Positions 25,470 through 37,790 of a stretch of DNA of 64,000 bases are shown one piece after another (within the stretch, counting starts at the first letter, position 1; every line of letters begins with the position of its first letter). The notes under the pieces were generated by a model. It was not told the origin of the DNA. It made no database searches and was given only the letters and a program-made list of their open reading frames with translations. The DNA is taken from assembly GCF_001194135.2 (NCBI RefSeq), contig NC_069001.1, forward strand, positions 24,465,923 through 24,529,922, in the 5' to 3' direction. The stretch is from Octopus bimaculoides (taxonomy: Eukaryota). The translations under genes were made by a program, and so were the position numbers.

Positions 25470-26526
25470 GTTGTGCTTGAAGTGGACACATTTAGCAAAA
25501 AACTTCTTTACGACTATTTAACGCACCGGGTTTAGTATAATCCTTAAGAATTTTGGTTCTCTCCAAGATGCAGATTTTGCAAAGGTCACTCCCATTAATA
25601 TATGGGCCTGGATGATCAATTATTTTCCACCTGATATCACACAGGGTCCCTTGATCTTTGAAGTGCCACACATGGCAGGCCAGAGAGATGACAAACCATC
25701 TTTCTGGGATTCTGAAGGATGACTGGTGGTTATAGAAGCGATGTTTGAAAGAGGTACTGGCTGATCTGATATATTTACAAACTTGGGATTTGGCTATATT
25801 CTCACTGCTGGTATATTTCTGATACGCTCTGGGCCCAGAGGTGCTGTTGGTAATACTATTGCTGATTCAGTCGATATGGCATAATGATCCAGCTGTGTTA
25901 TCGCCATGGTTATCACTACTGGTTTATATGGTTTCGATATAGCTGCCAGCGTTAGTGCGAGTGTGGCTGGTGGCAACAAATGGTGTGGGGCCAGTCATCT
26001 CATCAGTGTAGATGATAATTGTTTGGTCATCATCTGTGGTGGTGGTACTGAGAATGCCAGATACCTCCTGTGTGTCACTGGTCCTGGATTGATCATCATC
26101 TCTAGGTGTGGCGATTGTACTGATGATAACTTATGGTGCGGGGCTGGTCACTCTGTCCGTGTCTATGACAATGATTTGTTCATCATTTGTGGCAGTGGTA
26201 CTGGCGTTGTCGGTTAAGCCCACTGTGACACTGGTCTTGGACTGGTCATCATCTCTGGGTGTGGTGATTGTACTAGTGTGAGATCAGGTTAATCTGCTAT
26301 TATTGCTGTTGGATGGTGCATTGCTAGTAATGTGGATAGCAGGTCTCAGCGTCACCATAGTTTCATAGATGACTCCATCAGCCTTGCATCAGTCTTCTAC
26401 TGGACAGTTATTATATACCCGGCAAGAACAATCTGCCTCCTTTCTTGTATTGTGGGTGCTTGTTAAAACAGGTTTTTATGTTAGGTGCACAACTAAAGGA
26501 GACTCTTAGGTTGAGTCTGTTAAATA

Positions 26527-26572
<46 letters not shown>

Positions 26573-27250
26573 AATCTAAGGAAAATCCTTCCCACACAAG
26601 TCTTGATGTTGAGTGAGAAGGGTGGAACAAACCAAATGACGTTTCTGCAGTGCTTCCTTTTCCAAGTGCTAGGTCTCTCCCTCAGAGTGAAAGGTAGCTG
26701 TATGGTTTCTGTGTATGGACAGATGTGCTGCATGGCAGGAAACATGGACTGTGGCTGCAGATGACATGTGAAGGCTTGAAAGAAATGAAGCCAGCATGCT
26801 CTGCTGGATGTGGAATGTCAGTGTGCATGTACAAGAGAATGTGTTTTGGGTAAAAGAGACATCAGATGTAAGGTGCAAGAAAGAAGACTGCTGATATAGT
26901 CATGTGATGTGTATGGATGAGGATAGCTGTGCAAAGAAGTACTGATCCCTAATTGTGGAAGGAACCTGTGAAAGTGATAGACCCCGACTTGGGATGAAGT
27001 GGTGAGAAACGATCTTTAGATGCTGAGCCTCAAAGAGAATATGGTAAGTGACATCTGGCGATTTACTGTGCTTGCAAAGACACATCAAGCTACATGGAAT
27101 CGTTGCCGTTCACTCATACATGCATGTTCATTTTGGCCATGCTATCCCACCTCATATCCACCTTCATTCTTCTTCCCTGTCCTTACTGGGGTAGCCAAGT
27201 ATCTCCTCCATCATAAGATGACTATCTGTCCCTCTTTCCTGGCACACACC
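25470..27250 (-). mobile_element. fragmented Penelope-like element (RT C-terminus, linker, GIY-YIG)
   Basis: NVIWFVPPFSLNIKTCVGRIFLRL; KYIRSASTSFKHRFYNHQSSFR; PYINGSDLCKICILERTKIL...LNSRKEVFAKCVH. Confidence 0.8.
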
Positions 27251-27319
27251 CACTTCTCTCAATTCCACTCTCTCTCTCTGAACTAAGAAGTCTTTGTCTT
27301 TCAACTTACTTGGCAACCC

Positions 27320-27515
27320 TACAAGTACTGGCACCATGTAAAAAGCTCCTGGTGCCACTCTGTGGGATGGTTGGCATTAGGAAGGGCATCCAGCGGTAGA
27401 AACCTACTCAAAACCGACAACTACAGGAGCCGAGTGCAGCTTACCAGCTCCAGTCAAACCATCCAACCCATGCCAGCATGGAACACAGACGTTGAATGAT
27501 GATGATGATGATGAT
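27320..27515 (+). mobile_element. family B-related copy
   Basis: ggttggcattaggaagggcatcc...ccaacccatgccagcatgg...(gat)n. A 50-nt stub also lies at 28061-28113. Confidence 0.8.
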
Positions 27516-27860
27516 TTATGTATCTAATGTTTAATGTGGTACAGGAAACCTAAGCATGACCAATACGACCTTCTATTAGATGAGTGTGTAGATTCTCTGA
27601 TGTTAATAAATGCAAGACTTCTTGTTCATTTGTGTATGGTCAAGAGAGCCAGACGAGAGTGTTAAGGTAATTTTAACTGGTGTCATCCTTGTATAAATCT
27701 ATACACAAGTGGCACAAAAGTGTTCAATACTTGCATTGGAGATGTTGCATTTGATACCAGCTGATAATTCACTTGCTTGCCTGAATGAACTCACAGAAGA
27801 GAATAACAAAGAGACAAAGTACAGCAACAGATTGAAGCATCAGCTTTTGTCGTGTGTGTG

Positions 27861-27906
<46 letters not shown>

Positions 27907-28010
27907 TATGTGTGTGTGCATATACAGCTGTATATGTCTATATATCTATATCTACAAGTCTCAATCTCTCCCTATCATACATTTATATCTGTATCTAACA
28001 ATCTCTCTAT

Positions 28011-28060
<50 letters not shown>

Positions 28061-28136
28061 GTCCAACCCATGCTAGCATGGAAAGCGGACGTTAAACGAT
28101 GATGATGATGATGATATATATATACAGCCACTCCTG

Positions 28137-28174
<38 letters not shown>

Positions 28175-28262
28175 TATATANNNNNNNNNNNNNNNNNNNN
28201 NNNNNNNNNNNNNNNNNNNNNNNNNNNNNNNNNNNNNNGATGATGATGATGATATATATATA

Positions 28263-28648
28263 CAGGTGTGGCTGTGTGGTAAGTAGCATGATTACCAACC
28301 ACATGGTTCCGGGTTCAGTCCCTCTCTGTGGCACCTTGGGCAAGTGTCTTCTACTATAGCCTTGGGCCGACCAAAACCATGTGAGTGGATTTGGTAGATG
28401 GAAACTGAAAGAAGCCCGTCGTATATATGTATATGTATGTGTGTTTGTGTTTATGTCCCCCCAACATCGCTGGACAACTTATGCTGGTGTGTTTACATCC
28501 CTGTAACTTAGTGGTTCAGCAAAAGAGACCGATAGAATAAGTACTAGGCTTACAAAGAATAAGTCTTGGGGTCAATTTGCTCGACTAAAGGCAGTGCTCC
28601 AGCATGGCCGCAGTAAAATGTCTGAAACAACTAAAAGAGTAAAAGAGT
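28263..28648 (+). mobile_element. SINE family A, full length
   Basis: Head, body and tail match the family. Confidence 0.88.
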
Positions 28649-29103
28649 ATATATATAGATATAACACACGCACACACACATACACACACGCATATTCTCA
28701 CATGGTTAAATACTTAAACGCTTGCATAGATACTGACAGACTAACACCTACATACATATATGAATGCATATAAGTAAGAATAACTTTATAAGTAGTTGTC
28801 CATGTGAGTATGCACACAGGGACACACATGGGCTTATGCACACTCACACACGCATTTAAATCTGGGGCTTCTATGTTTTATGATTTGATATATACACAGT
28901 ATATGAGCATACACATTTAATAAATATAAAACAATGGCAATATACATACACACACGCACATGTATACATACATATAGTCATATACATATATACATTTATT
29001 CATATCTATAAATCTATATATAAACTTATATATAAATACATATATATGTATATACATATATACATATACTTATATATAAATCTATATATAAATATAAATG
29101 TGC

Positions 29104-29152
<49 letters not shown>

Positions 29153-29355
29153 TATAAATGTCTGTGTAAACATATATATATATACACACACCTACACATA
29201 TGTATATGATTATGTATATGTTTATGTGTATATATATATCTATATATCTATATACATACATATAGATATTTCTTAACGTCTTCCTCACGTGGTATTGATG
29301 TTCACATGGTCAAAATTAACGTGAGTTATTTAGACATTAACAAATTTATTGGAAT

Positions 29356-29417
29356 ATTTAGCTGAAGATCAGAATAGAGTATTCTTTACTCTTAACTGTG
29401 AAACGATCGTACTAAAT
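29356..29417 (+). ncRNA. type I hammerhead ribozyme motif, complete core
   Basis: AUUUAG-CUGAAGA-U[CAG..AGAGUA/UACUCU..CUG]U-GAAA-CGAUCG-UA^CUAAAU. Helix I 6 bp Watson-Crick; helix III palindrome ACGATCGT. Confidence 0.72.
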
Positions 29418-29614
29418 TAACTAAAGGCAGGTGGTTTTTTTACTCTTCTCTACTGTTTTTTGTTCTGTGTGTATCAAAAATATCGCTATCAATCTGGAGT
29501 AATAATTTGTAGTTTTGAAATCAGTAGTTCTTTGACTGCTATTTCTGAATTCTCAGTATGTTGGAGAAGCAGGTTACTGTCAATCCCTATATATTTATGA
29601 TTATATATACATAC

Positions 29615-29672
<58 letters not shown>

Positions 29673-29692
29673 NNNNNNNNNNNNNNNNNNNN

Positions 29693-29751
<59 letters not shown>

Positions 29752-30424
29752 TAGATGTTTATGTGTATATATATCTCTCCAGTGTACCCAAGACACTTCA
29801 TATATCCTTTTGAAGTATCAAACCAAAACTCAACACAAAAGAAAGATAATACCACTGAATGACTGAAGTATTATTGGCAACTCAAAGAGATAAGCATATA
29901 TAAGAGAGGAAATGAAAGAATGGTTGCCGAGAAGAAGACTGACTCACAACATGATACTTTAATTTGTAAAATTATTGCAATATGTCTGTAAAATTTATTG
30001 TTTATACATATCTATATTCTATGATATATTCGAGACTCTTTTATTCTCTTCTGTTTTATAAATGTAGACAATACCATCATAGGTTGAATTTAATTAATTT
30101 CAAATTTCTTATTGAGCCTACTCCGAAGGAAATTTTACAGCTTCATAGCAATTGAGGTTTTTGTTATGAAGTATATATGATTCTGTTATGTTATGTATAC
30201 ATACAGATCCAGTGTCTGTTTGAAATTTGAAAAATTTTCTTTTTATTATCAATTTATGTCTTAGACTGTTAAGCATTTTTTTCTGTCTCTGTCATCGTCG
30301 AAGATTTAAGTATTGGAAGATGAAAAGAATTTTGTTTGCATCCATGGATATATTGTTATCATTCCATCATCTCATTTCCTTCAGCTTGTTTTATGTTGAC
30401 CCATGCTGACATCGGGTATGCAGT

Positions 30425-30628
30425 ATGTATATATACATACATACATACATACATACACACACATAAATATATATACATATACATACATACATACGCACAC
30501 TTAAATATATATACATATACATACACACACATAAATATATATACATATACATACATACATACACACACATAAATATATATACATATACATACATACATAC
30601 ACACACATAAATATATATACATATACAT
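30425..30628. repeat. minisatellite of about 30-35 nt built from TA/CA units (acacacataaatatatatacatatacatacatac)
   Basis: About 5 copies running into a gap. Confidence 0.7.
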
Positions 30629-30979
30629 NNNNNNNNNNNNNNNNNNNNNNNNNNNNNNNNNNNNNNNNNNNNNNNNNNNNNNNNNNNNNNNNNNNNNNNN
30701 NNNNNNNNNNNNNNNNNNNNNNNNNNNNNNNNNNNNNNNNNNNNNNNNNNNNNNNNNNNNNNNNNNNNNNNNNNNNNNNNNNNNNNNNNNNNNNNNNNNN
30801 NNNNNNNNNNNNNNNNNNNNNNNNNNNNNNNNNNNNNNNNNNNNNNNNNNNNNNNNNNNNNNNNNNNNNNNNNNNNNNNNNNNNNNNNNNNNNNNNNNNN
30901 NNNNNNNNNNNNNNNNNNNNNNNNNNNNNNNNNNNNNNNNNNNNNNNNNNNNNNNNNNNNNNNNNNNNNNNNNNNNNNN

Positions 30980-31021
<42 letters not shown>

Positions 31022-31477
31022 GGGTTCATAAAGAATCATGGCATAAGAATGCGAAGCATGCCGTTAATTGTCTAGACAGATTCATGCAGAGCAGGCAATG
31101 AAGAAATCCATTAGCAGTACCGAAGGCATCGATGAAGTTAAGACACTGTTGCCTGATAATCTGCTGTTCCAGTTGTATGCAAAGTATTCAATGCTGAATA
31201 AAATATGTAGATTAGCACAAAATAAAAGGAAACAAATGAATGGATTTCCATGTGTAGTACAATTGTTTTGTTGATAGATTTTATTTTCATTGTAAAGATA
31301 AAGCAATTATTCAAGTTATGCAACACCTGATGAGGTTGGAAATTGCATAATATAATGCATAATGTGAATAATTTTATTTTGTTTCCAGCAAAATAAAAAA
31401 GCTGTTATTGAAACAATTGTAATAACACTGAGATTATTTTTTTGATTTAATATTTATGATATGATGACAGTGCTGGA

Positions 31478-32022
31478 GGCACAGGTGTGGCCATGTGGTA
31501 AGAAGTTTACTTCCCAGCTTCTTAGTATAGTCCTATGTTCAGTTTTGCCTCACGGCACTGTGGGAAAGTGTTTTCTACTATAGCCTCGGGCAGACCAAAG
31601 CCTTGTAAGTGGAGATAGTACGCAGGAACTGAAGGAAGCCTCTCATGTCTGTATGTGTGTGTATATATGTTTCGTTTGGGATTTGGTTTGCAAAATTCTT
31701 TATATGAATTCGTGTGTTGAAGCATATTTTGTTGTGTCTGGGGAGAGTTTTAATAAGGCACTAAAAGAGAATGAGTCTCCCCAGACAACAATACATATAT
31801 ATATGTGTATATATGTAGGTGTATGTGTGTGTGTCTTTGTGTCACTGTTTTCCCCCACCACCACTTGACAACAAGTGTTTGGGCATTTATGTACCCATGA
31901 CTTAGGGGTTTGGTAAAGGAGTAGGATAGAATAAGTAACAGGATTTTAAAAAAGTAATGGGGCACTGATTCACTTGGTCAGAGTCTAATTACTGAAAAAA
32001 GTAAAAGATAAAAGATATACAT
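31478..32022 (+). mobile_element. diverged, split SINE family A
   Basis: Head at 31478-31640; 3' half at 31820-32022. Confidence 0.65.
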
Positions 32023-32039
32023 ATAATATATATATATAA

Positions 32040-32198
32040 TCATCATCATCATCATCATCATCATCGTTTAACGTCCGCTTTCCATGCTAGCATGGGTTGG
32101 ACGATTTGACTGAGGACTGGTGAAACCGGATGGCAACACTAGGCTCCAATCTAAATTTGGCAGAGTTTCTACAGCTGGATGCCCTTCCTAACGCCAAC

Positions 32199-32202
<4 letters not shown>
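32040..32202 (-). mobile_element. family B short copy abutting (TA)n
   Basis: Same 5' start (AGTGGTTGGCG) as 32825. Confidence 0.9.
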
Positions 32203-32255
<53 letters not shown>

Positions 32256-32499
32256 TACACATACACACACACATATATATACATGTGGCTTTGTATTTTG
32301 TTTTCTGTAAATTCAAACTATATATATATATAAGCATATATATATATGTATAAATATGTGTGTGTGTGTGTGTGTATATATATCCATATACATATGTGAG
32401 TTTGTGTGTGTTTATATATATACATATATATATATAAACACACACAAACTCACACATATATATATGTATATATATATATACACACACATATATATATAT

Positions 32500-32628
32500 A
32501 GCTGGAGTTTACAGAAAAACAGAAGATGAAGATAGGCGTATAAACAACAAGCAGGTATATTAGTTTGACACTCGGGGAGGTGAGAAAGTCTTTTATACAT
32601 TTTGAGCCTACACTCTTCAACAGAAAGG
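32500..32628 (-). mobile_element. PLE terminal-repeat relic with decayed CTGTTGA hammerhead-like motif
   Basis: ccttt-ctgttga-a-gagt(gtag)gctc-aaaa-tgt; homologous to 19733-19860. Confidence 0.6.
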
Positions 32629-32636
32629 AACATGAA

Positions 32637-32792
32637 GGAGTGCCTGTGTGATAAGTAGCTTGCTTAACAACCATATATTTCCGGGTTCAGTCCCACTGCA
32701 TGGCACCTTGGGCAAGTGTCTTCTACTATAGCCTCAGGCCAGCCAAAGCCTTGTGAGTGGATTTGGAGGTCAGAAACTGAAAGAAGCCTGTC

Positions 32793-32828
<36 letters not shown>

Positions 32829-33195
32829 GTTGGCGTTAGGAAGGGCATCCAGCTGTAGAAACTATGCCAAATCAGATTGGAGCCTGGTGTAGCCCCCTAG
32901 TCCACCAGTCCTCAGTCAAATCGTCCAACCCATGCTAGCATGGAAGGCAGACGTTAAAGGATGATGATGATGATGATGATGCATGTGTGTGTCTGTGTTT
33001 GTCCCCCTAGCATCGCTTGACAACTGATGTTGGTGTGTTTACATCTCCGTAACATAGCAGTTCGGCAAAAGAGACCAATAGAATATGTACTAGGCTTACA
33101 AAGAATAAGTCCTGTGGTCGATTCGCTCGACTAAAGGTGGTGCTACAGCATGGCCGCTGTCAAATGACTGAAACAAAAATGTAAAAGAATAAAAG
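32637..33195 (+). mobile_element. SINE family A with nested family B insertion at 32825-32981
   Basis: B sits in the central (TA)n of A. Confidence 0.9.
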
Positions 33196-33199
33196 AAAG

Positions 33200-33915
33200 A
33201 GAGAATAAACAATCTTTTGGAGTTAGTGGTCAATCATGGTGACTGGCTGGACAAAGGTAGTTAGGCGAACTAGGAAGAAGGGGAGATAATAAAGTATTGG
33301 TGATCCCAAAATGAAGGTGGGCGTGCATGTATGTGACAGTCTGTAAGTGTGTGCATGTGGGTAGGGGCTGGTGACTTTGACATGTGTATGTGTGNNNNNN
33401 NNNNNNNNNNNNNNNNNNNNNNNNNNNNNNNNNNNNNNNNNNNNNNNNNNNNNNNNNNNNNNNNNNNNNNNNNNNNNNNNNNNNNNNNNNNNNNNNNNNN
33501 NNNNNNNNNNNNNNNNNNNNNNNNNNNNNNNAGTGTGGGGATGTGAGGGTCAGGTGTGGTTTTGGGGTGAGGATGTGGCGGTTGGGGTAGAGTATGTGCG
33601 AGTGGGATGTTTGGGGTAGGGTGTGGATGGAGGGGGTATCGCTGAAGGGAGAAGATAGGTAGGAGTGAAGAGAGGAAGTATGTGTCAGATGAAGAGAGAT
33701 GAGGAGGCAAGTCAGATAAAGTTGGGATGGGAGTTGAGCCCATGGGACATAAAGGAGCGAAGAGAGAAGATTAATTCCTGTTCTCGGCAAAGGCAGGAGT
33801 CCGGACAGCCCCTGGGCAAAGACAATCTGAACACAGACAGGTGTTGTGATGAATGACCAGTATAGTGGAAATGGTGTGAGACCAGGGTGTCAGTGCTGAG
33901 TCTAATGTCTCGGAA

Positions 33916-33917
<2 letters not shown>
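33200..33917 (-). mobile_element. PLE 3' relic: GIY-YIG C-terminus plus pyrimidine-rich terminal repeat
   Basis: FRDIRLSTDTLVSHHFHYTGHS..LSVFRLSL..REQELIFSLRSFMSHGLNSHPNFI*; 5'-truncated at (TA)n. Confidence 0.7.
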
Positions 33918-33989
<72 letters not shown>

Positions 33990-34370
33990 GGAAGCGCCAT
34001 GGCCCAGTGGCTAGGGCAGCAAACTCACGGTTGTAGGATTGCGGTTTTGATACCCAGACTGGGCGTTGTGAGTGTTTATTGAGCGAAAGACCCTGAAACT
34101 CCATGAGGCTCTGGCAGGGGGGTGGTGGCGAACCCTGCTGTACTCTTCCACCACAACTTTCTCTTGCTCTTTCTTCCTGTTTCTGTTGTACCTGTATTTC
34201 AATGGGCCAGATTGTCACACACGCTATGTCATTCTGAATCTCCCTGAGAACTATGTTAAGGGTACACGTGTCTATTGAGTGCTCAACCACTTGCATGTTA
34301 ATTTCAAGAGCAGGCTGTTCCGTTGATCAGATCAACCTGAACACTCGTTGTCATAACCAACGGAGTGCCA
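33990..34370 (+). mobile_element. tRNA-derived SINE family C2
   Basis: Head ATGGCCCAGTGGCTAGGGCAGC; 3' half shared with C1. Confidence 0.85.
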
Positions 34371-34741
34371 TGATTTTTCGATGGCCCGATAACTGAAAAG
34401 ATGCCGGTGTGGGTTTTATTATGGCTACCAAATAATTGTCACATATTATATTTACAGATATATTCCTCTATTTACATAATATCGAGGTCTCTTTCATTCT
34501 TTTGTTGTCCTGCCATTTCTATAAATATATATATATAATTATGTGTATTTCTTCTATCTTAATGAATAAAAATTCTTCTGATAGAATAAATGGGTTAATA
34601 GAAACCAATGTAGCAAAGAACACAAAATAACTGTGGTTTAGTTCCTGTTTTTAAGGCAGGAACTCCTTGAAATTTTGGGTATTTGAGTATATTTAAGAAT
34701 TTAAGGATTGGAGAAAACGCATGTTATAATTGCATACTTTA

Positions 34742-34825
34742 TTCCTACATATGTTTCAAAGGATTACAACCTGTGTGATCCATAGGGATCTTTGATATTA
34801 AAATTGTAACCTTCTCATCAGGGAA
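34742..34825 (-). ncRNA. type I hammerhead ribozyme motif, complete core
   Basis: UUCC-CUGAUGA-GAAGGUUACAA...UUGUAA(U)CCUUU-GAAA-CAUAUG-UA^GGAA. Palindrome ACATATGT; inner GAUCC/GGAUC hairpin. Confidence 0.72.
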
Positions 34826-34859
34826 AGCATGGGAATCATCTTAAACGTAAGACATTATG

Positions 34860-34897
<38 letters not shown>

Positions 34898-35762
34898 CTA
34901 TTGGTGTCATAAGAATTTTTCAACTTCAAGGGAATGTGATTTATTTCATTTCAACAGTTAATTTCAAAGTATGAAACCACTTACCCATGGGATAACATTT
35001 GAATTTTTGTATTCAAAGTGGTTTTTTTTTTACACCAAAATTACACGCAATCTTGTTATAACTTTTCTCCTTCAAATTCACTCATGGAAAATGGATGTTA
35101 AACGACAAAGACAACAATGATGATGTAATGATGATGACAACGATGACGACGACGATGATGCTGGCACCACCGATAATGATATCCACACACACACGCATAT
35201 GTTGTGTGAGATGTTCCATATTCTTCCAGTTTATTCTATTTTATTGACATAGACATTGTTGTCATAAATATAAATAATTTAAGTTTGAATAATTTATTAG
35301 AGCAATCTTACTGAGAAAGTGTTGCTTTTTACATGAATTCATGTAATTATTCTGCTGTGCAAGTATATCTATTATTTACTTTAGATGTGTGTGTGTGTGT
35401 CTGTATGTGTGTCGATTTGTGTGTGTGTGTGTAAATGTATGTGGTTGTGTTTGTGCACATGAAGATGGGATGTTCTGAGAAGTGAGTTATAATGTAACAT
35501 GGCTAAGAAAGCAATGTACTGAGACATACATGAAACAGACATAAAGAGACTTAAATAAATTCTTATACTGAGACAGACAGACAGAGAGACAAAGAGACAA
35601 CCCCAATAGATAAATTGGTAGACAGATAGACAGACAAACATATAGACAGATATACATATAATGAGGTGCTGAAAAGTTCTTGGCTTTGAGTAAAAGAAAA
35701 TACAGGAGGATCAGTTAATTATAATATATCAATAAAAAATTGAACTAATTAATAAAGTTTAC

Positions 35763-35774
35763 TTGATGAGGAGG
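35763..35774 (-). CDS. candidate 12-nt microexon, copy 1 (PPHQ)
   Basis: ctcattcttacacag|CCTCCTCATCAA|gtaaac. Confidence 0.3.
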
Positions 35775-35820
35775 CTGTGTAAGAATGAGATGCTCTTATA
35801 TATGGAGATATGGTGTCAAT

Positions 35821-36297
35821 GTTGTTGTTGGCACTCCGTCGCTTATGACGTCGAGGGTTCCAGCTGATCCAATCAACGGAACAGCCTGCTCGTGAAATTA
35901 ACGTGCAAGTGGCTGAGCACTCCACAGACACGTGTACCCTTAACGTAGTTCTTGGGGATATTCAGCATGACACAGTGTGACAAGGCTGNNNNNNNNNNGG
36001 CTGAGCACTCCACAGACACGTGTACCCTTAACGTAGTTCTTGGGGATATTCAGCATGACACAGTGTGACAAGGCTGACCCTTTGAATTACAGGCACAACA
36101 GAAACAGGAAGTAAGAGTGAGAGAAAGTTGTGGGGAAAGAGTACAGCAGGGTTCACCACCATCTCTTGCCGGAGCTTCGTGGAGCTTTAGGTGTTTTACG
36201 CTCAATAAACAGTCACAATGCCCGGTCTGGGAATCAAAACCGCGATCCTATGACTGCGAGTCCGCTGCCCTAACAACCGGGCCATTGCGCCTCCACA
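35821..36297 (-). mobile_element. SINE family C2 with TSD-like ATGGTGTCAAT/ATGGTATCAAT
   Basis: Matches 33990-34370; (CAA)n tail; contains an artefactual 78-bp duplication around a 10-N gap. Confidence 0.88.
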
Positions 36298-36642
36298 TGG
36301 TATCAATACCTGGTTAATATATTTTACTATCAGTAAGTCCATCCTTTAGACCCGAAAGTATGTTGATAGCAAAAGATGTTGCATCACTGGAAATATTTGT
36401 ATGCTGATATATAGTAAGTGCAAGGCTATGAGCTGGCAGAATGGTTAGCCTACCAGGCATATAATAACATGGAATATTATAAATCTTTAAAGTTGTTCCA
36501 GAATATTGTTTTTATTTGACCAAATTGGTAACTGGAATCTTCTAAGATAAGTTCCTTCCCTGCAAAAGATGAAATCCCGACTCTCAGTTTAACATACCAA
36601 AAAAAAAAAAAAAAAAAAGCTGAGCTACTTTATAAAGTTTAC

Positions 36643-36654
36643 CTGATGAGGAGG
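36643..36654 (-). CDS. candidate 12-nt microexon, copy 2 (PPHQ)
   Basis: ctttcattcttgtacag|CCTCCTCATCAG|gtaaac. Confidence 0.33.
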
Positions 36655-37131
36655 CTGTACAAGAATGAAAGACTATCATATATAAAGATATGTTGTCGAT
36701 ACTTGGTTAATATATTTGACAACTATTAGTGAGTCTGTCCCTTAGATCCAAAAGTATGTAGATGACAAAATATACAGCATCACTGGAAATATTTGTATCC
36801 TAATAAATAGTGAATGTAAATCATTGTAAAAATATATTCAGTTTGAAAGCTGTAAGATTTTTCCATTCAGTGGAGAAGACATTAGCACGGTGCACCACAT
36901 TTTGGTAAAACATTTACGAATGACAGGACAGATGCCACCATTGTTGCAATGCAATGAGATATGGAAATTAGAGTAGTCACATTTTGATTTTATTATGCCT
37001 AGAGATTGATACAGCAATATTCTCAGAGTACCCATAATGGATATCATATTTTATGGATGACATTCTACACAGCAGTATAAAGTTTTACACACATACATGT
37101 ACCATCAGCTACAGACACACACGCATGAGTA

Positions 37132-37172
<41 letters not shown>

Positions 37173-37564
37173 GCGTGTGTGTGTGTGTGTGTGCGCACAT
37201 TCTTATTCTGTTATTCTTTTACTTGTTTCAGCTGTCTGACTGCAGCCATTCTATATAGTCCCACCTCGAAGGGTGTAAGTCAAATGAATTGATCCCTGCA
37301 TTTATTTTCTTATACGATCGGTGTCTTTTGCCAAACTGCTAAGTTACAGGGATGTAAACAAACCAACACCAGTTGATAAGCGGTGATGGGGGGATTGGAA
37401 ATATTTGAATGCTAATACATAGTGAGTGCAAGGCCTTGAGCTGGCCAGATTGTTAGTATCCTGAGCAGAATGATTGGTTGTATTTCGTCTACCTTTCTTC
37501 TGGGGTAATCACTCATATGCATATCTCTAATTCCATTCATTAATATTTCCATGTGTTAGGGTGG

Positions 37565-37790
37565 ACCTGGCAGAATCGTTAGCACATAGGGCAAAATTCT
37601 TAGCAGTACTTCGTCTGTCTTTACATTCTGAGTTCAAATTCTGCTGAGGCCGGCTTTGCTTTTCATCCTTTCAGGGTTGATAAAATGAGTACCAGTTGAT
37701 CCACGGTAGAAGGGGAGGTGGTGGTGTTTGTGTAACTGACTTACCCCCACCCCTGAAATTACTGGTTTTGTGCCAAAATTTGATATCAAT
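37565..37790 (+). mobile_element. tRNA-derived SINE family F
   Basis: CTGGCAGAATCGTTAGC head, TGAGTTCAAATT B box, TTTCATCCTTTCAGGGTTGATAAAATGAGTACC domain. Confidence 0.8.

Noticed and set aside
31068-31274. 68-aa ORF and the 111-aa ORF at 51839-52174
   Set aside because: No recognisable motif and no convincing splice-site pair.
31326-31352. CTGATGA-GGTTG-GAAA
   Set aside because: No stem II or helix I. The same applies to CTGATGAAGAGAAAC on the minus strand near 1675 and to CTGATGA at 36644, 40003 and 45213.
35911-36076. Exact 78-bp direct repeat inside a SINE
   Set aside because: The two copies flank a 10-N gap; most likely an unmerged contig overlap.
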